From assembly GCA_965222075.1 (NCBI GenBank), contig OZ244937.1, forward strand, positions 5,216,001-5,280,000: 64,000 nucleotides of DNA, read 5' to 3'. Shown here piece by piece: positions 37,547 through 47,367 of the stretch (its first letter is position 1; each line of letters opens with the position of its first letter). This DNA is from Candidatus Latescibacterota bacterium. GTDB lineage: Bacteria; Latescibacterota; UBA2968; GCA-2709665. The position numbers and the translations under genes are program-made. The notes under the pieces were generated by a model, which worked only from the letters and a program-made list of their open reading frames with translations, was not told where the DNA came from and made no database searches.

Positions 37547-40348
37547 ATGGCGCTTGAGCCCTGGTATAAAATCGTAACGCTCCGCAAGGAAGTGCGGGAA
37601 GGCCGTTCGTTCAGCCCGGACGAGTTCGCCATCGCGATGGAACAGGTGGTCGCCAGGACCGCGCCGGAGGACTACAGCGATCCGGCGCAGTTCTTTTCGC
37701 GCACGTGCTTCACGCGTGCGTTGAAGGAGCATGCCGGTATGGTTCTTCGGCGGCTTTCCGGCAAGACCGGGAACACGGCGCCGGTTCTGACGCTGATCAC
37801 CCAATTCGGCGGTGGCAAGACGCACACCCTCACCGCGCTTTATCACCTCGCCAACGCTGGCGCGGAGGCGTCCAGGTTCCCCGGTGTGGCCGATCTGCTG
37901 ACTGAGGCCGGGATAGCAGAAGTACCCTCTGCCCGCGTGGGCGTCTTTGTGGGCAATGCCTGGGACCCGGCGGAGGGGCGGGAGACGCCCTGGATTGATC
38001 TGGCTCGCCAGCTGGCGGGCGAGCAGGGTGTTGCCGCGCTTGGCGCTGCTGCGCGGACCACACCGCCGGGAACCGAGGCACTGGCCAGGGTGTTCGCGGC
38101 TGCGGAGGCGCCCGTGTTGCTGCTGTTCGACGAGGTGCTCAACTTTGTCAACCGCCACCGGGGCATGGCCGAGGGCTTCCACGCCTTCCTTCAGAACCTG
38201 ACCGTCGCCGTCACCGGTACGACCCGGGCGGCTGCGATTATCAGCCTGCCGCGCAGCCAGGTGGAAATGACCGATTGGGATCAGCAGTGGCAGGACCGGA
38301 TTACCAAGGTGGTCCGCCGCGTCGCGCGCGACCTGATCGCCAATGACGAATCCGAGATCAGCGAGGTGGTGCGCCGGCGGCTGTTCGAGGATCTCGGCAA
38401 AGCGCGCATTCGCAAGAGAGTCGCCAGGATCTACGCGGACTGGTGCTTTGAACGGACCGCCCGCCTGCCCTCCGAGTGGCTGGCGGTGGATACCGCGACG
38501 ACGGAGGGCAGGGCGAGAGAGTTTCTGCGGGGCCGATTCGAGGCGTGCTATCCGTTCCATCCTGCGACCCTTTCGGTTTTTCAGCGGAAGTGGCGCGCGC
38601 TACCCCAGTTTCAGCAGACCCGGGGCGCGCTGGCCATGCTGGCGCAATGGATCTCCTGGGCCGCGCACGAGCAGTTTAAGAAGGCGCGCACGGAGCCGCT
38701 GATTACGCTGGGGTCGGCGCCGCTGGACGTTTCCGAGTTTCGTGCCGTGGTCCTGGGCCAGTTGGGTGAATCCAGGCTGGATGCGGCGATTGATGCCGAT
38801 CTCGCGGGGCCGATGGCGCATGCCAGATCCCTGGATGTGGACGCTAAGGGGGCTCTGCGCGATATCCACCGCCGCGTGGGCACGGCGATCCTGTTCGAGT
38901 CCTCCGGTGGACAGGTGGACAAGGTGGCCCACCTGCCGGAGTTGCGCTTCGCGCTTGGCGAGCCCGAGGTCGATACGACGACGATTGACAATGCTGCGAC
39001 GGACCTGGAAAGGTCCGGGTTCTTCATCCGCAGGGTCGGGACGGACGGCTATCGCATCCATCACCAGGCGACCTTGAAGAAGGTCGTCAGTGACCGGCAG
39101 GCATCGCTCGATGAAGACACGGAGATCAGGCCGGCGATCCGCAAGCTCATCGAGGATGCGTTCAAATCCGGCGCAACCCTTCCGGTTGTTTGCTTCCCGG
39201 GGGATAGCACCGAGGTCCAGGATTCGCCGAGTCTAAAGCTGATCGTCCTCGACCCCGAGACCGGGTGGACGCCCGTCAGCCAGGTGAGCGAGCGCATCGG
39301 CAATTGGACCACGGAGCGGGGCAATTCGCCACGGCTTTACCCGGGTTCGCTGGTCTGGTGTGCGAGAAAACCGGGGCGGGAGCTTCGCCAGAAGGTTGAG
39401 TTGTGGCTCGCGTGGCAGCGCGTGGCTGGCGAGGTGGCCGAGGGCGTTCTCGGCGCGGAATTCGACCGCGCGGATCGTGTGGGAGTTCAAGCACAGGTCA
39501 GAGACGCGCATGAAGCGGCCAGGGACGAAGTATGGGCGAGCTATCGCTTCGCAGTGCTGGGGGACAGCCAGGAGGAGCATGGGCTCAAGACCATTGACCT
39601 CGGCGCCGGCCACGCAAGTACAGGTGAGACCCTGTGCGGACGGATTATCGGCGCGTTGAAGGCCGAGGCCCTGCTCAACGAGTCCGTTGGGGCGGGCTAT
39701 ATTGACCGACATTGGCCGCCGGCGTTAAAGGAATCCGGGGCCTGGCCTCTCACCAGCCTGCGTCAAAGCTTCCTGAATGGATCGCTCACACGGCTGATTG
39801 ACCCGGACGCGATCCTTCGCCGCAAGATCGTTGAGTTCGTGGGAAGTGGAGATTTCGGCCTGGCATCCGGTGCGAAGGATGACGGTCAATATGAGCGGCT
39901 GTGGCATGCGGAGTCAATCGGGGTCGAGGAAGTGGCGTTTGAGGCCCGTGTGTTTTTGTTGACCAAAGCCAAAGCCGAGGAACTCAAAACGACACCTGAA
40001 GATCCGCCACAGCCGCAACCGGAGCCTGCGCCAGGTCCAGTCCCGGAACCCGAGCCGGAGCCTGAACCGGGAGCCGGTCCCGAGCCGAGTCCGGGCACTC
40101 AGAAAACAACACTTCGGCTTTCCGGCACCGTTCCCCCCGAGGTCTGGAACCGGCTTGGAACCAGGCTATTGCCCAAGCTGCGCTCCGGGGACGACCTCAG
40201 CGTGGGTATTGACTTCTGCGTGAGTGTCGGCTCGGCGTCCGCCAGGAACCTGGAGGAAGAGCTGCAGCAGATTCTGGATGATCTCAGGCTGGGCGACCGG
40301 GTTCGTGTCGAAAGATCCGAAACGAAAGGGTCGAGAAATAACGAATGA
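37547..40348 (+). CDS. DUF499 AAA+ ATPase; core gene 3
   Basis: PW....R.EVREG, TQFGGGKTH, LLLFDE, VRRRLFE, YPFHP, FQQTRG.L; Pro/Glu-rich linker near the C-terminus. Confidence 0.92.
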   Translation: MALEPWYKIVTLRKEVREGRSFSPDEFAIAMEQVVARTAPEDYSDPAQFFSRTCFTRALKEHAGMVLRRLSGKTGNTAPVLTLITQFGGGKTHTLTALYHLANAGAEASRFPGVADLLTEAGIAEVPSARVGVFVGNAWDPAEGRETPWIDLARQLAGEQGVAALGAAARTTPPGTEALARVFAAAEAPVLLLFDEVLNFVNRHRGMAEGFHAFLQNLTVAVTGTTRAAAIISLPRSQVEMTDWDQQWQDRITKVVRRVARDLIANDESEISEVVRRRLFEDLGKARIRKRVARIYADWCFERTARLPSEWLAVDTATTEGRAREFLRGRFEACYPFHPATLSVFQRKWRALPQFQQTRGALAMLAQWISWAAHEQFKKARTEPLITLGSAPLDVSEFRAVVLGQLGESRLDAAIDADLAGPMAHARSLDVDAKGALRDIHRRVGTAILFESSGGQVDKVAHLPELRFALGEPEVDTTTIDNAATDLERSGFFIRRVGTDGYRIHHQATLKKVVSDRQASLDEDTEIRPAIRKLIEDAFKSGATLPVVCFPGDSTEVQDSPSLKLIVLDPETGWTPVSQVSERIGNWTTERGNSPRLYPGSLVWCARKPGRELRQKVELWLAWQRVAGEVAEGVLGAEFDRADRVGVQAQVRDAHEAARDEVWASYRFAVLGDSQEEHGLKTIDLGAGHASTGETLCGRIIGALKAEALLNESVGAGYIDRHWPPALKESGAWPLTSLRQSFLNGSLTRLIDPDAILRRKIVEFVGSGDFGLASGAKDDGQYERLWHAESIGVEEVAFEARVFLLTKAKAEELKTTPEDPPQPQPEPAPGPVPEPEPEPEPGAGPEPSPGTQKTTLRLSGTVPPEVWNRLGTRLLPKLRSGDDLSVGIDFCVSVGSASARNLEEELQQILDDLRLGDRVRVERSETKGSRNNE

Positions 40349-40401
40349 CGCGATAGCAAGGAGCAAGCCGTTGTTATCCTTTCTAAACAGGAGGTTACCG
40401 G

Positions 40402-41394
40402 ATGCCCAAACCGCTTTATCAACTGGACTGGCAGCGCCAGGAGCAGCCGGTTCTTTCGGCGATGACGACCGATGAGGACTGGTGTAACGTACAGCTCTAC
40501 AACCCCACGGTGGTGCGACACGGGAATCGGTACCTGATGTGGTACGTTGGCAACAGCAGCGCCGCGCGGGTAAGCGACATGGAGATCGGACTGGCCGAGT
40601 CGGACGACGGCATCCACTTCACGCCCCATCCGGGCAACCCGATCCTCAGGCAGGAGGATCTGCCGGCGGGGACGTGTTGGCAGACACCCCACGTGATGTT
40701 CGATCCTGACGAGGACCGCTTCAAGATGTGGTTCATCATGTCCGCTGGCGAGTGGGATCCGGAAACGGGCGGGGTCACCATTGACATGCATGACCTGGGG
40801 TTTGCGACCAGCTCCGACGGTCTGGCATGGGAGGTCCACCCGGAGCCGCTCTACGCCGGGGGGCGCCGGCCCTGCGTTATCAAGGATGGGCCCGGGGCCT
40901 ACCGGATGTGGATGGGAGCGGCGCCGGACTGGAAGGACGCGGAGGTGACCGATGCGGTGTTCCGGTTCGTGTCGACGGATGGGCTGGCCTGGAAACGGGA
41001 TCCGGAGCCGGTGATAACGGCTGAGGATGACGACCGGATCGGAAGCGTGGTATACCCCTTCGTATTGCAAACCGAGGATGGTTATGTGATGTGGTACAGC
41101 TGCCACGTGGCCGGTGGAATATTCGAAGTCTTTGCGTCGACGTCTGACGACGGCCTGGCGTGGACGCATCATCTGGACACGCCCGCTCTGCCAGCCACGC
41201 GGGACCGCAACGATTACGACGGGCGGTATACCTCTACGCCGTGTGTGCTGGATGACGGGGACCGGTACCTGATGTATTACTGCACGCGGGACTGGGGCAA
41301 TCTCTACCGGACGGGCGACGGGACGATCAGGACTGACAGCGAGGGTATCTACCGTCACATCGGCGTGGCTACTGTGGCAAAGGACCGGTTGTAG
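40402..41394 (+). CDS. Five-bladed beta-propeller glycosidase-like protein (GH32/43/130-like)
   Basis: Repeated P.V....Y.MWY...IG.A.S.DG..W blades. Confidence 0.75.
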   Translation: MPKPLYQLDWQRQEQPVLSAMTTDEDWCNVQLYNPTVVRHGNRYLMWYVGNSSAARVSDMEIGLAESDDGIHFTPHPGNPILRQEDLPAGTCWQTPHVMFDPDEDRFKMWFIMSAGEWDPETGGVTIDMHDLGFATSSDGLAWEVHPEPLYAGGRRPCVIKDGPGAYRMWMGAAPDWKDAEVTDAVFRFVSTDGLAWKRDPEPVITAEDDDRIGSVVYPFVLQTEDGYVMWYSCHVAGGIFEVFASTSDDGLAWTHHLDTPALPATRDRNDYDGRYTSTPCVLDDGDRYLMYYCTRDWGNLYRTGDGTIRTDSEGIYRHIGVATVAKDRL

Positions 41395-41430
41395 GGATAA
41401 GCTTCTGCTACGAGGCAGAGGAGGTCGCTT

Positions 41431-41652
41431 TTGCCGGATGGGTCTCAAAGGGAAGGCCTGCAGGATCGGGCCGTTCTTGAGGAACGCGGCCTGTCGGATG
41501 TGGAGGAGGCTGCGCGGGATGGGCTGACGCTTCGAGCATTCCTGATCGGGCTTGGGCTGTGCGCCTTCCTGGCGGTTGCGCTGGTCTACAATCGGATGGT
41601 GGGTGGTGGTGGATTTTTTACAGGGATGGTGGGGAATAGGGTCTATTTTTGA
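41431..41652 (+). pseudogene. Truncated 5' duplicate of the downstream transporter gene
   Basis: RDGLTLRAFLIGLGLCAFLAVALVYNRMV versus RDGLTLRAFLVGLVLCVFLGLALTYNRMV. Confidence 0.8.
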
Positions 41653-41675
41653 GCGAGACAACAGCTTTGTACGGT

Positions 41676-41712
41676 AAGAAATGACAGCGGTTTCAGGCTG
41701 TCATTTCTTTTA
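41676..41712. terminator. Intrinsic terminator-like hairpin
   Basis: AAGAAATGACAGC-loop-GCTGTCATTTCTT followed by T residues. Confidence 0.7.
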
Positions 41713-41805
41713 TTGATTTCGTATGAAAATTGTTGCATATAGTTTCAATTCACGGTGTTTCGGTTTTTAACATCTCCAGCGACCTGGGTGTGCAAGGGAT
41801 CTGAG

Positions 41806-43791
41806 ATGAATGGCTTTCAACTGCGGGATCGGACGGACCCCGTGCCGGAGGCGGCCTCCCCGCGGGACGGGCTGACGCTCCGGGCGTTTCTGGTCGGGCT
41901 TGTGCTGTGCGTCTTCCTGGGGCTGGCGCTTACCTATAACCGGATGGTGATCCAGGGCTCTTTTATGGCGGCCTATTTTATGGACCGGGGGGCGCTTTTT
42001 ATTTTTTTCTGCCTTGTCCTGCTCGTCAATCCTGTTCTGGCCTCCCTGAAGCGCCGCTACGCCCTGGGCCGGGGCGAGATGCTGGCGATCTACGTGATGT
42101 TCCTGGTGCTCCTGCCTGCCTGGATGATGACCAAGCCGTTGATCTCCTACCAGACCGGTATGACCTACTACGCTTCTCCGGAGAGGCGCGACCTGGAGGC
42201 GGTGCTGCCCTACAGCCTTCCCTGGCTGGCGCCTGAGAATAACGAAGTGGTGCGGGGACTATACGAGGGGCTGCCGGAGGAGGTCCGCCCGCCCTGGGAG
42301 GCGTGGTTTGTGCCTCTGGTGAGCTGGGGGGTCTTCCTGATGGTGCTGTTCGGGGTGCTGATCTGTCTGGCTGTGATTATGCGGAGGCAGTGGGAGGAGT
42401 ACGAGCGGTTCCCGTTTCCGATTATGCAGGTGCCGCTGGAGATGAGCGAGACGGGGGGGGGGAAGGTCGGGCCGCTGTTCAAGAGCCGGCTGATGTGGGC
42501 GGGGTTTGCGATCCCGTTTCTGATCGGTTCGATCAACGGGCTGCACAACTATTACCATGCGCTGCCATCGATCGATCTGGGGACACAGGTTCGGATTTTC
42601 CGGCAGACGACGCCCCTGCCCTTCAGGCTGCACTTCGCTATTTTAGGATACACTTATTTTGTGGATTTAGACGTGAGTTTGAGCATCTGGCTTTTCAACG
42701 TGATTTCGAGGGTGATCCGTGGGGTTCTTGCCATTTTCGGAGCGGAGTATACCGATGTGTCCGGGATGGTGGGTCGGTTCAGTTCGAGGGGATCGGCGGT
42801 TCTGGCATTGATGGGTATGGGGTATATGCTGGCGCTGGCGGGATACAGCCTCTGGGTGGCCAGAGGGCACCTGAAGGGGGTGTTTACAAAAGCGCTGGGG
42901 AGGCCGTCGCGGGCCGACGATTCGGGAGAGGTGATGTCCTACCGGACGGCGGTGCTCGGGATTGGAGGGGGCACGCTGTACCTGGGATGCTGGCTGTATC
43001 AGGCAGGGATGTCGCCGCCGCTGATCCTGTTCCTGTTTGCCGCCTGTTTTGTGGTGTTCCTGGTGATGGCGCGGATTGTGAGCGAGACGGGGTTTGTGAC
43101 CACGTACTCGCCGATTAATCCGGCAGATTTTGTGGTGTGTGTAACGGGCTCCTCCGCGTTTAGCCCGACCGGCCTGGTGACGTTGGGATTCAGCTATGCA
43201 TGGACGATGACGCGGATGAACAATTTGATGCCGCACGCGCAGGGGGCGTTGCGGCTGACCCGGGAGATCAAGCGGAAGCGGGGACTGGTCTGGGCGATGG
43301 GATCGGCCATGGCCATCGGGCTGATTACCGCAGGTTATATGACCCTGGACCTGGGCTATACGCACGGCGGGCTCAACCTGGACCGGTTCTTTCAGGACTA
43401 TGCGATCATCCCGTTCGACGTGTTCGTGGGACGCCGGCTGTTAGAGCCAAGCCCGATTTACACCAGGGGATTTTACTATACCGGGATAGGGATGGGGATC
43501 GCAGCGCTTCTGATGCTGCTGCGCACCCGGTTTGTGTGGTGGCCGCTGCACCCGGTGGCGCTGCCGCTGAGCACGATCTGGTTTACGGATACGTTCTTTT
43601 TCAGTGTGTTTTTGGCATGGGGGATCAAGGCGGTGGTGTTGAAGTTCGGTGGCGCGAACCTCTACAGGACGACCCGACTCTTTTTTATGGGGATTATTAT
43701 CGGAGAGGTGGTCTGTTCGGGGGTGTGGATTATCGTGGATTATTTTGTGGGGATGTTCGGGACGCTTCGGATGCCGCTTGGGTGTTGTTGA
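41806..43791 (+). CDS. DUF6785/DUF6784 family multi-pass membrane protein (OPT-like transporter)
   Basis: GLT.RA...G, PW.AW..PL..W, RRQW...ER..FP, WWPLHP, W..K...LKFGG...Y.....FF.G.I.G. Confidence 0.8.
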   Translation: MNGFQLRDRTDPVPEAASPRDGLTLRAFLVGLVLCVFLGLALTYNRMVIQGSFMAAYFMDRGALFIFFCLVLLVNPVLASLKRRYALGRGEMLAIYVMFLVLLPAWMMTKPLISYQTGMTYYASPERRDLEAVLPYSLPWLAPENNEVVRGLYEGLPEEVRPPWEAWFVPLVSWGVFLMVLFGVLICLAVIMRRQWEEYERFPFPIMQVPLEMSETGGGKVGPLFKSRLMWAGFAIPFLIGSINGLHNYYHALPSIDLGTQVRIFRQTTPLPFRLHFAILGYTYFVDLDVSLSIWLFNVISRVIRGVLAIFGAEYTDVSGMVGRFSSRGSAVLALMGMGYMLALAGYSLWVARGHLKGVFTKALGRPSRADDSGEVMSYRTAVLGIGGGTLYLGCWLYQAGMSPPLILFLFAACFVVFLVMARIVSETGFVTTYSPINPADFVVCVTGSSAFSPTGLVTLGFSYAWTMTRMNNLMPHAQGALRLTREIKRKRGLVWAMGSAMAIGLITAGYMTLDLGYTHGGLNLDRFFQDYAIIPFDVFVGRRLLEPSPIYTRGFYYTGIGMGIAALLMLLRTRFVWWPLHPVALPLSTIWFTDTFFFSVFLAWGIKAVVLKFGGANLYRTTRLFFMGIIIGEVVCSGVWIIVDYFVGMFGTLRMPLGCC

Positions 43792-43828
43792 TCTTTTCTT
43801 TTGCCGCGGAGGACGCGGAGGGGTTAAA

Positions 43829-45121
43829 ATGAAAACGGTTGAACCTGCTGCGGTGTGGGATGTCCGGCCCTGGGGGTGCCCGGCTTTTAGGGTTGGTGAC
43901 TTTAACGGGGACGGCAGGAACGAGGTGCTGTTTGTTCAGACGGCCGGGGCGCACGCCAACGAGGCGTTTGATCCGCGCTTTCCGGAGGTTCAGGGGTACA
44001 AGACGGGGGTTGAAGACCAGGAGCTGTTCTGTTTGACACTGACGGATGGGGAGGGGAATATCCTGTGGCAGGTGGGAGAGCCGTGGGCGCTGGAGCGGCC
44101 CTTTTCGTGGAATGGGAGCAATTTTTGTGAGGTTGTGGACTTAGACGGAGATGGACAGGTGGAGGTTATGTTTGTCCACAAGGCCGAGTTGATGGTCTAC
44201 AAGGGGGCGACCGGTGCGCTTTGCCGGCACCATAAGCTGCCTCATTCGGGTTTTTATTTTGCCCGGGCGGTTAAGACCGATCACTCGGGCCGGTATCACA
44301 TTTTCACAAAGAGTGTGACAACGTCGGCCACGCACAGCTACGGGAATCCCAGTCTGTTGCTGGACCACGATTTCAATGTGGTGTGGGAGCAGGAGGTGGA
44401 GGGGGCCGGACATGGGGGCGACACTGCCGATGTGGACGGGGACGGGCTGGACGAGCTGCTGATTGGGTTCAGTCTGTTCGACCACGACGGCACGCCGCTG
44501 TGGTCCCATTCGCCGATGTCGGAGAACGATCATTTAGACGATTCCGTGATTGCGGATATCGACGGGGACGGGCGCTTCGAGTTCGCCCTGGCGCACGACG
44601 GGCACGATGCGGTTGTGCACAATGCGGATGGGACGGAGCGGTTCCGCGTTGCGATGCACCATTGTCAGAATATTTGGTCGGGGGAGTTTTTCGAGGCCGA
44701 ACCGGGGCTGCAGCTGGCGTTTGTTGACAAGGCGATCGGGAAGGCGGAGGACCGGGCGGCGGCGGTTGTGAGCGCAGACGGGCGGGAGCTGTCCCGGCAT
44801 CGGACGATGGGTTACTATTCGGTAATCGGCTGGCCGACCGACCTGGGGACGCAGAGCCTGATCCGTTTGGAGTGGCCGGTTGAACCCGACGCGGACCGCC
44901 GCGTGCTGTGGGTGGATCCCACCGGCCGGGAGCTGGCGCGGCTGAAGGTGCGGGAGAATTTTTACGATCGGTTCCGGAAGTACGGGCTGGATACCTTCCC
45001 CGGAAGGGGCCGCTACTTCGGGACGTGCCATACGGCCGCGGTGGGGGACCTGGACGGGGATGGCCGCGACGAGTTCCTGGTTACGGATCGGGAGAGGGTA
45101 TGGATTTTCCAGCAGCCATGA
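43829..45121 (+). CDS. FG-GAP/VCBS repeat beta-propeller (rhamnogalacturonan lyase family 11-like)
   Basis: Repeated D.DGDG..E motifs; G.ILWQVGEP; GAGH. Confidence 0.75.
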   Translation: MKTVEPAAVWDVRPWGCPAFRVGDFNGDGRNEVLFVQTAGAHANEAFDPRFPEVQGYKTGVEDQELFCLTLTDGEGNILWQVGEPWALERPFSWNGSNFCEVVDLDGDGQVEVMFVHKAELMVYKGATGALCRHHKLPHSGFYFARAVKTDHSGRYHIFTKSVTTSATHSYGNPSLLLDHDFNVVWEQEVEGAGHGGDTADVDGDGLDELLIGFSLFDHDGTPLWSHSPMSENDHLDDSVIADIDGDGRFEFALAHDGHDAVVHNADGTERFRVAMHHCQNIWSGEFFEAEPGLQLAFVDKAIGKAEDRAAAVVSADGRELSRHRTMGYYSVIGWPTDLGTQSLIRLEWPVEPDADRRVLWVDPTGRELARLKVRENFYDRFRKYGLDTFPGRGRYFGTCHTAAVGDLDGDGRDEFLVTDRERVWIFQQP

Positions 45122-45131
45122 GGAGGCGACT

Positions 45132-45803
45132 ATGGGGCAGGAGGAGGTTCTGTTTCAGGAGCCATTCACAAATCTGGACCACTGGCATTTAGAGGGGAGC
45201 AAGACGGTGTCCATTTCGGAACCGGGGACGATGCGGCTGGAGTGTATTGGGAGCCAACAGGGGAGCGTGGGGTGCCACGCGTTTTGCCGGGAGGATTTTG
45301 CGGATGGGATCGCGGTTGAGTACGATTTGCTCGTGCGCGAGAGCAACGGTCTGGTGATTACGTTTGTGGCGATACGAGGGTTGAACGGGGAGGATATGAT
45401 CCAGGATCTGCCTGCCCGGGAGGGGGTGTTCAGGGATTATGTGGGGGAGGATGCGCTTCTGCGGTCCTACCATACCTCGGTGAGCCGGTACAATGACAAG
45501 GGAGAACACACGGGGGTGAGCAACTGGCGGCGGAATCCGGGGCTACACCTGGTGGGGCAGGGAGAGGATCTGTGCGAGGAGATCGGCCGCAGGTACGCGA
45601 TTCGGATCGAGAAGGACGGTGGGCGCTGCGCGCAGTTCGTGGACGGGAAGGCCGGGCCTGCGTTTACCGATCCGGATGAACTGCCCGACGAGATTCCTTC
45701 GTCCGGGAGGGTGGGGTTCCGGGCGATCGGGTCGCGGGTGATCGCCGATGTTTCCAATTTCAGGGTGCTGCGTCTGGCAGGAGGGACGGCCGGTGAAGGG
45801 TGA
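45132..45803 (+). CDS. DUF1961/YesU-like protein
   Basis: F..LD.W.LEG, SYH.S..R, RRNPG..LV.QG.D, GRVGFR. Confidence 0.7.
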   Translation: MGQEEVLFQEPFTNLDHWHLEGSKTVSISEPGTMRLECIGSQQGSVGCHAFCREDFADGIAVEYDLLVRESNGLVITFVAIRGLNGEDMIQDLPAREGVFRDYVGEDALLRSYHTSVSRYNDKGEHTGVSNWRRNPGLHLVGQGEDLCEEIGRRYAIRIEKDGGRCAQFVDGKAGPAFTDPDELPDEIPSSGRVGFRAIGSRVIADVSNFRVLRLAGGTAGEG

Positions 45804-47211
45804 GGCGATTCTGGAGAAGGTCTGTGGTTCGATTGACGTGTTGGTGGAGGCGGGGAAGGCATACGAGGGGTTGTTTCCTTCGTTGCTGGATCTGGAGACG
45901 CACGAGATGTTAAAGGAACTGCCTCCGCCGATTGAGGGGCAGCGGATGCACGACCGGGCGCACCCGGGATGCAACCCGATGCACGACCACCCCACGCTGA
46001 AGGCGATGTACGGGTTGAGCCGGGCGCTGGACCGGGTCGATTATTCGGAGGCGGCGGACCGGTACTTGCGCCGGTTTGCGACCCACTGTACGGAGACGGT
46101 TACGGGCCTGTTCCCGTGGGGAGAGCACGCGTTTTGGGATTTTGAGAAGGATTGCGTGGGAGACAGCCATCGGTTCGGCGATCCCGCGGTGATGGCAAAC
46201 CAGCACTGGGACGGCACCGCGCTGCACGACCATTTGCGGCAGGCGCCGGTGTGGCTGTGGGAGAAGCTGTATGAATTCAACCCCCAATGTGTCGAGCGGT
46301 TTGCCGAGGGACTGGATTACCACTACAAGGCGGTGGAGCCGCGCCGGTATATGCGCCATGCCTATATCGAGGTGAAGGCTCGCCACAAACCCTGGCCGAG
46401 GTCCCAGGACTATCCGCGGCACGGGGGGTTCTACATCTTAGACTGGGGCTGCGCGTATGTCAAAACGGGTCGTGAGGACTTTTTGAGGCAGATCGACGAG
46501 ATGGTGGATTATGCATGGCCGCGACGAGAAGGGGGTGCTTCTGCAGCACGTTGTGCCCGAGGATGCGCACGATTACAATGTGAACGCGGTGGCGCAGACT
46601 CTGTCGTTGGCCGCAAGCCTGCTGGAGTCCGCGGTTCTGCTGGAGGATCGGGAGCCGGGGCTGGCGCAGCGGATGCGGGAGCGGGCCGGGGTGTACATCG
46701 GGGGATTCCTGGGGGCGCCGCACGACCTGAATAACTTTATTGTGAGTACCGTCAGGCGAGGGACCGGCGAGCCTCTGGGGAATGCGCCGATCTGGGGCAG
46801 CGTGTACGGGCTGTGGCCTGCGGCATACGTGGCGCTGATGTGCCTGTGCGCTTACCGGCTGGCGGAGGACGAAAGGCTGCGTGTGTGGGCGGAAGGCGTG
46901 GGGCGTTGCTATATGAAAACGGCGTTTCCCGAAGGGGTCGCCATACCCGCGATGGACCCCGGTTTGGGAATCGAGCTGCTGGGGGATCTCTACGATCTGA
47001 CCGGCGATGTCTCCTGAAAGGGGGATTGACGCTGGCGGAGCAGATGATCGGGATCTATATGGACGGAACGCTGGTGCGCGGGGCAGCGGGCATTGACTGG
47101 TATGAGTCTCAGATGGTGCCAGGGGATCTGTTGCACGGGCTGGCCAGGCTGGCGCTGGTTGCTGTTGATCAGGAAAATTGTCCGATGGAGGCGAATTATT
47201 CGGGCAGGTAA
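45793..47211 (+). pseudogene. Frameshifted paralogue of 47368..48777
   Basis: Three ORF pieces align end to end with the downstream gene; short deletions near 46524 (about 5 nt) and 47015 (about 4 nt). Confidence 0.85.
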
Positions 47212-47250
47212 ACGCCTGGTTAACCTGAAAAATTGAAAACCGTCACATAA

Positions 47251-47299
47251 ATTCGAGTATGAAGGCAAGTTATTCGAGTATGAAGGCAAGTTATTCGAG
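47251..47299. repeat. 21-bp tandem repeat ATTCGAGTATGAAGGCAAGTT x2.3
   Basis: Exact copies at 47251 and 47272, partial at 47293, between the two paralogues. Confidence 0.9.
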
Positions 47300-47367
47300 G
47301 GGATTTGCGACCTTCAAATTGTCCAAAGCGCTGGTATGAATGGTTCAGATTGAAAGAAAGGGAATCT

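Noticed and set aside
39990-40100. Repetitive CCGGAG/CCCGAG tract
   Set aside because: Encodes a Pro-Glu linker in the DUF499 protein; ordinary low complexity.
4525-40402. Integron or integrative element explaining the cassette array
   Set aside because: No tyrosine/serine recombinase, tRNA, attC-like sites or terminal att repeats were recognised; the repeats are coding-gene ends.
47251-47299. Possible CRISPR array
   Set aside because: Repeats are directly adjacent with no spacers, and no cas genes are present.
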